From Bilabrum cf. latius (lineage: Eukaryota): DNA of 64,000 nucleotides. A program made the translations under genes and the position numbers. Positions 35,912 to 48,458 of the stretch are shown here, piece by piece. The notes below the pieces were generated by a model that saw only the letters and a program-made list of their open reading frames with translations, was not told where the DNA came from and did no database searches. The DNA is taken from contig OZ237770.1 in assembly GCA_965178125.1 (NCBI GenBank), positions 310,001 through 374,000 on the forward strand, written 5' to 3'. Each line of letters opens with the position of its first letter. Position 1 is the first letter of the stretch.

Positions 35912-38209
35912 TTACACGTACACGACTGGCTCCAGGCCGCATTGCAGCAGCACCGCCGCGATAACGGGCTGCTGGAGGTCATTTCCGATGGCATCGCATG
36001 CGGGCAGCTCCTTCATAAGCTAGTCCGCTTGCGCCTCAGTGAAGTCTTCCCCACCTAGCCCCGTCTTAGCTGCGAGCCTACTTGCCCACCAGAGCCAGCG
36101 CAAGGCGTCGCATCCGTAGCCCAGCACCTGGAAGTCGGGCCACAGCATTGCCACCAGTCGCTGTGCCCATGGCTGCCCCATGAGCCGCAGGGAGGAACAG
36201 AAGTGCTTGGTGTGCGTCACAGGGCCCTGTCTGGCCTTGGTGTATGCTCGCGGGTCACCATACCCTTTGTCCCGTAGCGAAGGAACCATTGCAAAGAACG
36301 CAGCCACGTCCTCTGCGAAGTTCTCCAGATGAATTGCATGGTTATAGCACACCCGATCCATCTGGCACACTGCCCGCTGCAGCCGAAAGTGAACGTCAGA
36401 CCCTGTGTGCCCTATTCTCCCAGTGAAACCGTCCACGAACGATCGAAGGTGGCATGCGACCGCTGCCTGCACCGTAACCGGCTTGGCCCCCACGCCACCA
36501 TTGGGGGGTGCCTTCTTCACGTCCCCGCACATCGCAATTCTGAGGTAGTGCGCCGTAATGACTGCCCGGTTGCCCATCCCCGTGACGTGGTAGTGCTGTG
36601 AGGCGATCAGCCACTCAGGTGCAGGGACGCTCACTAGCTTTGAAACCGGACCATTTCCTGCCATTAGCTTGGTCACAAGGGCATGCCTGTGGGCAGCCGA
36701 AGATCGAGGCCTCATTGCGTGTCCTCGCAGTTTTGCAGGAGTTTCACTAGCCCTAGTTCCAGCAGTGCTAGCCGCGTTGATCTTTGAGGCCCGTTCCTTG
36801 AGCCAGCGGGCCACAGCAGCCAGCTGTGCCGGCTGGGGGTAGCTCCATCTTGGTCGTCCAGGCTAGATTGCCTTCTCGGGTGATTCGAGCTGCCGGCCAC
36901 TGACATCAGGAGCTTCGACAGCTGTGATCTGGCCCTCTTCGGTGCTCAGGGGAGATTGTGTTTGCTGCCGCTGCTGCTCCTGCTGCTGCTGCTCCTGCTG
37001 CTGGGAGTTCCAATGCTAGTCCTGCCATTGCTACCATTCGTGCTCCATTTTGGCCTGCCATTGCTCCTGGTTTGCTTGCATGCCGGCCTCCCACTGTCTG
37101 CGTCTTGCCTCCTCCTCTTCCCACTGCGACACGCGTGCGTCCATGGGTGAGGCTGCTGTGCTCGAGCCAGCGCCTGCACTCGGTTTCGACATCGTCATAG
37201 AGCTAGGAATAGGCCAGTGGCTGTGGCTGTGGCTCAGGCTAGTGGCTGGTGGGGACCACACGACTGAGTCGTACGTGGCATCTTGCAGTGAGCGAGCCAG
37301 CTGCTCATCATCAGCGGGAGCCTCTGCAGCGGCAACCACGACATCCAGGCTGGTTTTATGCACAATTCCAGTCGCAACTTGGCTGTACGAGTCGTTGCGG
37401 TGCCATGGCGTCCAGCCGGCCGCCTTCAGCCCTCCCTGCTCCCACTCGGCGGATGCCGTGCCGTTGACGAGCCACGCTTCTGTCTCTTCAAGTGTTCCGC
37501 TCGGTGGCTTCAGAGCTTCAGTAAGGGCAAAAAGTGCTTCTTGTTTCCAATTGACAACCGTAGGACTGGCGAGTGCATCGGGCCCCAGCTTTGCAATCAT
37601 CTTGTTGCGGCATCCCGACACAAAGCGAGCAACAGGGTGCCTTACTTGCACAGCCCGAATAAGGGGGACCGAGAGGCCCGGTACACTCTATCTGGACCGC
37701 TTTATAACCTCCTGATTCCTTTTGATGTTTGCAGGGCCACCAAAAGCGTGCTTGAACTGGTCGTGCAATTGATCAGACTCCGTGCTCACTTCTTTCGTAC
37801 ACGGCAGCTTCGCTCCTTTCCAGCAATACCCCCTGTCCTTCTTGATGTCCAAAGCCAATGTTTTTGGATTCGGTGCCTGCTAGAACTAGTCTGAATAGTT
37901 CCATGCGCCCGATGCGTGCATTAAAAGTGTCCTTAGTGTTGTGCACCCGGTCTTCTCCACCGTGCAAACCATTGCCTACGCGTCCGCAAAATCTGGGGAT
38001 ACTACAGATGGAAGGCGTTCATCCTGATTTATGCAAGTTGTGCACTGGGACGCCACGGACGTCGTTGATATGTTGATCGCGCCCTGCATGTAACTTGGGA
38101 CCGGCTTCCCAGGGCCTCGAAATGCACTACTGCATGCCTTTCGCGCAAGCGCTGGATAGAGAAACAAGAATGATATGCATGCAAGTTGAATGCTGCTAGC
38201 AGGTCGCAT
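35912..38209 (-). CDS. Sulfotransferase (Sulfotransfer_2-like), secreted/Golgi
   Basis: A single frame with eight TAGs and no internal TAA/TGA. Signal peptide, CTVEKTGCTTLR (5'-PSB), VRHPVARFVSG (3'-PB) and HFRLQ..C....IHLENF. Ends at TAA. Confidence 0.85.
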
Positions 38210-39278
38210 TTTGCGCTATTTGTACCGTGCGTGAAGCAGTCTAGGCGGTAGCTGCCAGCAAGAGTGTTGTCGGAGCACGCGGAGAGTTCCGGTTTGATCG
38301 GACCGCTGGCGCGGCGGCGCCGCGTGCCAGAGTGGCCGTGGACAGAGAGTTGGCCCTGGAATGCCTGACACCGTCTTGGGGGAGCACGCGCAACAATGGT
38401 CAGCGTAGGAAGATAGGTACCTGTGGGACAGGCCGCACAACGGAACTTGAAGTCGAAGCTGAAACCCAACAAGCCGACCATGCAAAGTCTGCAGTGTGCC
38501 ACAGTAGGCTGGCTCGGCGGAAGGCTCTTGCAACCCCAGCTCCATGCATGCCCCCTTGTGGGTCCTGCCCCCGCACGATGTAGGCACGAATCGAACCTTG
38601 GCAACAATAAAGAACAGAGCGGCGTCCCTGCTCCCACCCTGCGCCTCGCCCACAAGGGACAGCTCGCCCCGAATCGGCTAAAACCACCTAGTCACATTTC
38701 GAACATGCTATATCACACTCGTCACAAGTGTACACGCTATCTTTGTCAATGCACCGTAGGCCTATGCGTCTTCAGGCTCGCTGCTCCGGTGCCTCCCTGT
38801 CTATTCCACCCCCACGATCTGATCTGCTGCCACCCAACGCACCCTTGCGTGTCAGCCCTCGTCAGAAATCCTGCTGCCTCGTGGTCTGGACCCACTTGGC
38901 CGCGCCCGCTTCCCCCCCCTTCCCAATGGGCCTCCACGCTCCCGAGCCTGCTGGCTTGCTCGGGCCTGTCAGTGCCCCTTCGTCGTCCCCTCCACGCGAC
39001 AGGTGCCGCCCATAGTTGGAGGGCTGGTGCAGGTGGCCCCTACCTAGTTGTGCAGGCGTCTACTCAGGTGGATTCGAGGCTCCTCTGCTCCATTCCAACC
39101 ATCTGGGTGAGCGCGGCGCCAAGCAACCGGCGACGGGCAAAAGAAGTTCCGGAGTTTTTACAGCCACCTTTCTCGGTATCAATTAAATACATCCAACTGA
39201 GACTCCGCCAACACCAAAACAATTTATTTTTTAACTGAGATTCATGCAAGCTAACGCATATCAGGATGTCTCTCTCGC

Positions 39279-40214
39279 ATGAGTGCGGGCATTAGGAGAG
39301 TACTGAAAGCAGTTGCAAACAACGAGATAGACCTGCTCAGAAAGGCTCGAACCAAGCCAGTATTTACACGGTTGATCCAGGCACACACGCTGTTGGAAAC
39401 GCCGTGCCTCGAGCTATCGATACATTCTGCACCGGATGCCCTAGCCGAATTGGATCTCGCAGCAGACAGCGATGAGTTCTATACCGCGCTTTCATTCTTG
39501 CTTGCTGCGGGAGCAAATCCGAACTAGGTATTTGGTAGCCCAGCAGGAGCTTCGTGGCCGCTAAAGCGAGCAGCTCTGTGCGGCCGCTCCTCCGCCGCCA
39601 GGCTGCTTTTGTCTGCTGGTGCAGATCCCAATCTTCGAGGAAATGATGCGTGGACTGCACCAATGGTCGCCCTGGTGCACGGCAACATGTCTACCCTCGC
39701 TTGGATGCTGTCAGTTGGCGGGCTGCTGTCGCCACGAGACGTGAGGGCGTGCAGGGAGGCGGCGGGGCGCAGGCTGGCTGGCCTGGCGAGCGATTCGGGG
39801 CCGATGCATCGCAAGAAAGACTCTGCTGCCAGTGGAATTGCAGCTTCTGGTAAAAGCATTGAAGTGCTCGTCGTGGATGGTGTGCTCACCTCGCTCGAGA
39901 GGCTTGTGCGCAGGCACGGGCACAGGGGATCGGCCACCAGGTACTACAGCGGGGCTTTGCTCAGGTGCCTCTTCCTGGCCGTGGACGGCATCCGAAGCCG
40001 AAGCAATAGGGCTCCATGGGAAAAGGACGACGAGCCCCGACGGTCTGATGACTCAGGTGTGACGAGTACCGATCCACTGGGCGGGGCGCGGGAAGCAGAC
40101 CCCACGAGGCGGCTGCTGCGGGTCGTGATGCACCGGGCGGCGATGTAGCGGCGCAGTGTCGAGCTGCTTCAAGGTGGTCAAAGTGGCCGGCATGGCAGTG
40201 CTGGCGTAGTGTAA
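39279..40214 (+). CDS. Ankyrin-repeat protein
   Basis: LLAAGANPN*VFG...LLLSAGADPNLRG...APMVALVHG. In frame across TAGs 39525 and 40146 to TAA. Confidence 0.75.
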
Positions 40215-40536
40215 TGTCACCAGGGCTGTATGCAGGGCCTCGTAAAGCTCCAGGGTCAGCCTAGTCTGGCAGTCGCAAAGGCACGGAAGACCACGGCTGG
40301 TGCGCGCTTGTGGGACGAGTCGAGACTCCTTCCCTAGGGATGCACCTCAATGGGATGCACCACAATGGGATGGTTTGCACGGCCTTTTTTAGCGATTGCA
40401 TTTGTAGTCGCAGGGACCAGACGGGCAGGGCAGTGCGCACGCTCTTGCGGGCTTTCCGTGGTTCGAGCTGTGCAGTGATCGACCCGAGCACCTGAATCTG
40501 TACAAAGGAAGACATAGTTTACGCAATCGTTGCATT

Positions 40537-43500
40537 TCATAGTTTGAGGGAGAGTGTGGCTGCGATCGCAACAACACTTGCCCCCACAGCCACCCCCGCC
40601 ACCACCACACGGTCCCACAGCAGCAGCACCGGGGGCATTGCGGCGAGGTCGCTGCCCGGGTCACGCATGCAGGCGCCCACGGGGCACTGGCCCAGGGAAC
40701 AAAGAACGGCCCACACGAGTGCACTGCATACGACAGCGACATCGAAGAGCCGGAACACAAGGCTCGCCCAGCCCCGTGGTGCGCTAACAGCAGTATCTCT
40801 GCGATTAGCGTGGACACGATGTCGCGTCCATCGCGATGCTCCCGGCCTTGGAGCCGTGGGCACGGCTCCTGGCACATATTGTGCCGAGTCCACTACAGAT
40901 CCGCCCCCGCTGCTTTGATCCGCGAGCAGACGGTCCATGATGCCAGCCTCTCCCTCTCCTGCGAACTCGTGGTGCAACCGCCCTCTGCAGCAGAACCACT
41001 CTCCCGCTTTGGCGGCATCAAAGGCTGCCATCGTTCCTTCGAGTGCATCCCACTGCAGCACAGCCAGGGCTGCACCCATGCCGTGTATGACTCGCGGGTA
41101 CGCGCCGTCGAACAGTCGCTTCGAAAACATGGGAGTTTCAGCGAGCTGCTGGAACGCTGACCTAGCCGGATCGACGCCGGCGACGCTTGCCGCTGCGTCA
41201 TTCGAGGAACTCTAACCGGCTGCGTTGGAACTTGACCGGAGATCTTCCGTATCGCTGTCGACTTCTGGATCCAGTGCCAAGGCGCTGCCCAGTGTACCGC
41301 AGCTGGGCCTGGGCAGGTCTCCAGAGAGGGAAGAACCGCTTCCTGGCTGCAGCATGCATCCGCCCGAGCCGGCGCGATCGCCGAACTTGGATCCGTTCGC
41401 CCTTGTAAGGGAGTCGCGATAGTGCCGGGCAGGAACCCTTGAACTACGTCCACGTCCGATCGGGGTTTGCCGCTGGTTGACCTGCAAGTCGGACGAGCTG
41501 GACTAGTCGCGCTCCTCCTCTTCGGTTGATCCGGATGAGGATGGACGCACGCGGTGAAGGCTTGACTGGAGACGAGTAGCGACTCCGTTACTTGGGGTCA
41601 GGCTAGTGCCTCGACGCAGTGAAGTTGTAAGTTCCAGCTGGCGCTGATGACGTCCAGAGTGTGATGTAGATGTTGAGCTCCGCTGCCCTAGAAGTCCTGA
41701 CACGGAGTCTTGTGGCGTCATAGCCGCTTGTTGGGTTGGGGCTGAGACAGCACTTCGGCTGGATCCTGCTGCAGATGATTGTGTTGCTTCTCCGCGGCCT
41801 TCTGGTTCCGTTGAGGTGTCGCAGACAGGGTGCGCCTATTCGTCAAGATCGCCCCTGTCTTCTGCATCCACTTGATCCACCGGAACCAATGCGCGCCCCA
41901 ACCGAGGCTGCCGGACGACTGCACCGCCAGCTTGCCGGGTAGGAGGACCACTATGCGCTCCAGACTCTGGTGTGGATGGGCTCGAGCATACGCGAGCACT
42001 GGATGGCGACGTTGCAGCAGGACGGTCAAATTCGTCGCTGTCGTCCAGCACGAACAGGCGGCCGTGGCTGCCGTCTCCGCTCGAAGCCTCCACTGCATGC
42101 ATTTGTCCACATGTTCCTGGCCGCGGTCCCAGCTGTATAGGGCTGGTAGGACTAGACAAAACCCCAGGCATAGAGTCGCTGTAGTCGGAGCTGCTCACGG
42201 TTAAAATGTTCGCAAGGCACCGGGTGGGGGCCGGGACCACTGGTGAGCGAATCTCGCTCGATACACGATGCGTCTCCCCGGTCAAGCCAGGTGAACACTA
42301 TTCTGTAGCTCTGTCATTGTTGTCCGTAAGATCCAGTCCGCGCGGCTGAAAGGCGTAACTCACCATAGCTGCTGGAAACTCCTGACCCATGTCATGAGCA
42401 CTGCCCCGCCGCACAGCGTACGGCACCATGCCAGAGACGAGGTGCGTGGACTCTCGAAGAGTACCAGCAGGTGCCGTTCCAGCGCCTGCAAGCTCGCTCT
42501 TATGCCTCGATGATTGCCGCTAGCTGGAATGCGAGCCCAGCAGTGCGGCTGCCGTCGTCCTGCGCGGTAGTCGCCGCATACGTCTGTTGTCAGATTGGGC
42601 ATCACCCCCGATCGAACCATCGCTCGACACACTCTATTCCCGGCGCATGTCCGAATCCACAGCCAGCTCTTTATGCTCGCTTTGCTACGTAGAGAAAGAA
42701 ATGGGGTACAGGCACCCCAGCAGGACCAACCCTCGAGAGGCAGCTCCGGCGGTCAGCCCCAAGCTAAGGTAGAACGCGGGCCACTGGAGCTTCGCAAGCC
42801 GCAATGCGAGCGGGAGCGTCCAAAATACGAGTTGCATGCAGACCAAAGCCCAGGCAGCGGCCAATGGTGCCGCGTGTATTACTGACATCGTGACGAATAG
42901 CAGCGCTGCGCCAAGCACCGCAGAGGTAGTGGCCACCAGCGCCGGGTAGAACGCCGCCGGGAAATCGGTCGGGTGCAAGCAGTGGTCACGGTTCCCATCC
43001 TGCCGACACGCAGCCAAAGCCGTCTCTACCGCAGGGATCTGCGGAAGCGAAATAGAAACGTCGACAGATGCAGGGTCGGCCGCGATGAGCCACACCCCGG
43101 CGAGCCCTGCATTGGTGCCTCCTCGGATTCTGCGAGCTATGCGCTACAGGACACTGCCTGGGGTCAGGGCGCGCTGCCTCGCCGCTATGCTTGCATACCA
43201 GGAAGTTGCGCGCCCCCCTCGATGGGTTGTTGCGCCACAAAACAGACGCACCGAAATATTCTGCGGCAGCGTGTGGCACCACCCATTTCGCATGTCTTGG
43301 CTAGAGCAGTTCGGCTTCAGCTCAGATTGGCCGGAGGAGACTCGAAGCACGCTCGCCTAGCACGCCACGGGGGACTGAGGGAGCACAGAGCCCCCGATGA
43401 TGTCATCCACGTCCATTTCAATGTCTCCAGCCAGCCACTCCAGCTATTGCAAGGACGGCCTAGGCCAGCGCAGCCCAGGCGGGTGACCTTGGCTGCTCAG

Positions 43501-45720
43501 GGGAACGGCCGCAGGCCATGCAGACGCGTCAAACGAAAGCACAAAATCAATGTGCCCGCGACTCACAGGCAAGCGCTGTGCCCACCTCGACGATCGAGAC
43601 CACGACCGGTCCCACACGTCATCGTCGTCCGGCATGCATCGCAGCTGGGGGCTCCGCACTGCGCCGTGTGGGAACCCGGCCCCGCCATACATAGGACCGG
43701 AAATGCCCTGCACGATCGGTCGAACAGAGCCCAAGGCAGGCACCTGCGCCAGGCGATCGTTCCCGTACAGCCTCTCGTCCTGCACCAGACCAGGATATCC
43801 AAGCCAGTACGAGTACCATTGCCGCGCCTGGCTCGCCACTAGAGCCCACCCATCTCGTGCGACTGCATCAGCACCAGCAGCCGTCCCTGCTGCCGCTAGG
43901 GAGGCGTCCTTCTCCAGATCAACGTCTACCGCAATTCGGTCCGGGTCGTTGCACACCGCAATGCACCTGGGACGCTCCTGGAAATACCCGTGGGGATAGG
44001 TCCGTGAGCACTTCCATGCCCCGCCGTGCACGGTTGGCAAGGACACGTTCGGATGGGGAGGGACTGCCCGGAGGAGCGCAGGGCCCCGGTACACGGCATA
44101 TGGGCCATGTAGTAGCGCGTTAGACATTGTTGGATACTGCTGCTGCTCTTGGTGCTTCAAGTGCGCTGCTGCATCGTGCTGACGAGCAGCAGTGTCGCTA
44201 TGCTGCAGCCCACCATGCGTTGCCTGGCTCGTTGCGGCACTCGACTCATTCGCCCAGCGGCCGCGCACTGCTGGCACGTAATAGTCCGATGGCAAGTAGC
44301 CTCTCACGATGGATCCGATCGAGAATCCAGCCCCATTCTGTGCCAGCGGCATGTCAACGGGCAGCAAGTCTGCGTTATACACATCTCGATCCAGGCTGTA
44401 AGTGAGGGCACAGCCGACGACACCTGTCGGAAACAGCTGCCTGATATCCGATGAGATGTATGAATCCACGGATTTGCGGTAACTTGGGGCGCTTGAATTT
44501 GTTTCAGAGCCCACGTCTGGCCTACAGCTCCTGGCCTTTATGCAGCTGACATCCTCAAGAAACACAAGCTGAGCGTCGGGTGCGATTGGTGCCAGCCCGA
44601 CGTAGTCTCCGCACTGCATGGGCTTGTACGATCGAGCGACATCCCGAGACACCGCTTCATGCTCGTCCTATCTCACCCGAGTGGCGGGGACATTGACAGC
44701 CTGCACGATCACGTGTCCTCTATTCACCCTCCACGGGTAGTCAGCTGGATCACCTGAAGCGGTTGCATTCGGGCCAACTGGCAGCACGGCAACGGTGCCA
44801 GGGGGCCAGATTGTAGTGACTGACTGCTGCCATGATAGCGAGTACGCCATGGAGGGGAGGCCATCCCGTGCCACTGGCTTGAGGGCCCGGCCCGCGCACG
44901 TCGCGGCCGCGTGCACCCATCCCTATGATGCTCCCCTGTGTCCCTGTCGGAGCTCGTTGAAGCCATCCAGAGGGCCGGAAAACGGGACGATGGGGGCGGG
45001 ACAATGCGTCTTATTTGACGTTGCGGGCTGACTGTCTCCGAATGTCCTGGGCCATAGCACCGTCTGCCTGCACGTGTCGTTCCAAGGGATGCGCACTCCA
45101 GCGGGTGTGCAGTCTGGGTCGAAGGTGCGGCGGGGGCACTCGACAACCGACGCAGATGCGCACACTAAATTGAGTCGGTCGTTCGTTCCTCGAAATAGCA
45201 TTAACTGCGAGGAGGCCTGCACTGAGTCGTAGGGCTGGAAGGGGAAGCCGCTCGCGAGCACAGAGGCCGGTGGTGCTCTTGCGCCGGGCCAGACTCCGTT
45301 GTCAGTACGAGACCACAGCTGCATCTGGTTTGTCAAGAGGGACAAGCCGGCCTGCCGCGGTTGCGTAAAGAGGACCCAGTGCTCCACGGTGAATGGCTCT
45401 GCGGAGCGCACGGGGGGAGCGACTGCCGGCCATCCGGTTTGCAGCGGCCCAGAGGACAAGGGCTGGCCTTGGCGCGACGATTCCGCGGCGATCCCAACCA
45501 TGCTAGTGAACACGCTCTTATCTTGATAATCTAATTTCTATTTCGATGGGGGCATGCCGGGTCCTCTCGGCCATCTCAGCTATGTCCAGCCCACTGGTTG
45601 ACTGTGCAGCGTGTCGCCGGGCCAAGGATGACGTGCCAGGCTGCAATCACCAACTGAAGCATCGATGGTCGAAGAAGAGTAGTTTAGTATCCTATGTGTA
45701 TCAGTGCAGTGCCTGCCACC
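40537..45720 (-). CDS. Large (~1700 aa) membrane protein of unknown function
   Basis: Nine listed ORFs (44923, 44668, 43444, 43144, 42685, 41836, 41503, 41212, 40537) share one frame, broken only by about 14 TAGs. Hydrophobic segments near 42700-42960 and 40560-40800. The 5' end is uncertain (possible upstream exon to ~45860). Confidence 0.7.
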
Positions 45721-46219
45721 CAATGTTAGCGATGTAATACGTGGCGTTGAGTACCATGTTGCTGCGATGGTGGTTCACTGAGATTTGTGCGGTCAGTTCG
45801 TTTGCAATTAGAGCAAGGATGCATACTCGCAGGCACTGCTGAGACTCACAATTACACATGAACCTATGATCATAGGAAGCATTCGTACGGATGAAATTAG
45901 CTAGAGGGCTAGAACTCGATATCTAGGGATCCTGCAGATGCATTGCATCTAGGACGCTTTCTCCTTCTGCAAAGCAATTTATCAATCCTATAATCAAGGG
46001 TGGAAGAATCTTGTTAAACATTTATACCCAATCAAGTATACATACGTACCATAAACTGGCACGATTTGGATGTGCGCACCAGAACATTTTGCACCGGTGG
46101 TTCGCAAAGCTGAACCTTCATGAAGCCATACATTGCAGCTGCGGCGCTGCTCTCGGGTGTGCCGCAATACTGCCAATAGTAAGCTGAGTATCACATACTT
46201 GGACACGTAGTACAGTGCC

Positions 46220-48240
46220 TTACTTTCCCTTGCTCTCCCTTCGTTCCCACTCAGCCTCCCTAAGCAGCCTTGCGCACTCCTCATGGCCACACAACCGAGC
46301 CGCCTCCAGCGGACCCACCACCCTGGTCCCGCCCGCCCCGTCCTCCACCTCGCCCTTGATCTCCAGCCCGCCCGCCAGCTTGCCCAGCTTCAGCCTCTTG
46401 GCCAGCTCCATGGGTCTGCCTCTCAGCACGCACTCAAACACCATGCCCGCGTCCCTCTTGGCCTCTACCCCTCTCCTCCATCGTGTGAGCTGCCGGGCCA
46501 TGGATCCGAGCAAGTGCTCCAGGCGAGCAAGAAATGCACCAGGCACCCGCTCTGATCCGATCCTCTACCCCCCTCTCGCCTTCGTCCCCAAAATCTCCCT
46601 CAGTTTCTTCGTGAAGACATCCCCGCTGCCCCCGCACGCACCCAGGGCCTCCTTGAGCTCTGAGCATTTTGAGGGACACAGGCTAGGCGCCGTGAACTTG
46701 ACCGAGTAATTCAGGGCCTGCAATGGGTGCGATGAGTAGTAATCGAGTGGCAGGCCCTGCATTTTGACTCATGGACACTGTGCATGTCAACGTGACATGG
46801 GAATCGAATCATGCCGAGGACACCCCTTCATTCAAACGTAAATTGCTCACACCTCCGTGGGCGTACATCAGCGCTCCCGCGTCTGCCAGCACTGCCACCG
46901 CGAGCATGTGCCCCCCTTTGCTCGCGAGGTGAAGGGGCCGGTGGGTCGATACCTGCTGGTCCGTGAATACAACACACAAGGATGATGCAGTCTAGGATAA
47001 GGCGGCCGAAATGGGAGGGTACACTGGGACGAGCGGGGCCGGGCTGTTGCCCGCGCAGGGTGCAATGGGACATTAAAACGAGATCTAACCGAGGTTGCTT
47101 CCACATTGGCCCCTGCACTACACAAGATCCTGCAGACCTCTGCGTGCCCCCCTCCTGCTGCCAGGTGCAGCGCTGTCAGCCTTTCCTGCGCGTATCGCGT
47201 GTGTGCAGGAGCATAGATGGATCCAGATTGGTGAAGCATGCACGCCCAGGAATACTATAAAAGCATTGGAGCGCATCGATCGAGCATGTATGTCAACGCG
47301 CTACGAACGTCTCGATCCAAGCTTGACTTCCAAGCTTGACTTCACATTAAGCAGGTAGTACAACTTCGGTTGCCTCTCACGTTGCAGGTCACAGTGACGG
47401 ATGCGCCCGCACGTACTAGCACCCGGCAGGCAGGTGCGTTGCCAGTTTCCGCCGCAACGTGTAATGGAGTCTTGTATTCCTGGCGACATAGAAGTGGCAG
47501 TGGAATGGCGCTAAAGCGCCGGGTCTGTGGGATTGAAAGTCGGGGGATGGGTCGTCATGCCTGGGGCGAGGGTTGATAGGCCCATGGTGCGGTCTCACCT
47601 TGTCTCTGGAATCTATGCAGGGAGAAGGACAGGACCCGAGCAGAATCTGCAGGCTCTATCCGTGCGTGTCGGCGGCACAAGCTGCGGCATAGTGCAACGC
47701 AGTCTTGCCCTCCTGCGACCTTGGATGGCGACCGGTGCCAGTGCCGGTGGGAGGAAGCGATCAGGGTGCAAGACGTGCTCGCCATCGGCGGCGTCTTGGA
47801 GAATTAGATGCAAGGCACGTGGAACTGCAAACACATACTGTGCTGCAAAGCTGACAGCCCTGGTTGGAATCTCACACCATCCTTGAGCTCTGGACGCGCG
47901 CCTGCAAAGCGGAGCTGCATGCACACCTCGGGGTGCCCAACCCTAGCAGCTTCGTGAGCCATCAGCCTACCTTGCTGCAATACCGGACCTATTGATACTT
48001 TGTACTGAACTTGACGGACGAGTGCATTCGAGCCCAATAATCCACAGTTTTGTTGCAGAAGGGTATTAGATTGTCTTACATTCTAGATGTTGAGGATCGC
48101 ATTGTCAGGAATCTTTGCGAGGCAATCTTTCACATTATCAAAAATACTAGACCGTATGGCGGCAATCAGATCCTCTTGCAGTGCCAACTATGGACTGCGG
48201 GTAAATTGATTGGCTGCCAGGAACAGAGGTGGTCCTTCGC
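46220..48240 (-). CDS. Multi-exon ankyrin-repeat protein with shared C-terminal module
   Basis: Exons KTPLHVAAETGNAPACRVLVRAGA, LTALHLAAGGGHAEVCRIL and MAHEAARVGHPEVC. The last exon crosses TAG 46565 and ends at TAA. The 5' boundary is approximate. Confidence 0.65.
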
Positions 48241-48458
48241 AACTTGAAACTATATCGTTTGAGGCGCTTCTCTGCCGAAGAACTGTTGCTGAGAAATCTC
48301 ACAAGTCCAAAGGTTCAGCCATCCTAAGAGGGCAGCTGTTCAGATTATTCGTCTGCCCCCCTAATACTTTCCATCACTCAATTGCAGGTGCACTGCACTG
48401 GGTTGGATCGGACCAAAGTGAACTCTGTTGTACATGCCGCAATATATTCGCTAAATAC

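Noticed and set aside
38216-39249. Small Cys-rich gene between the sulfotransferase and the ankyrin gene
   Set aside because: Several overlapping frames but no consistent motif, so a gene cannot be supported.
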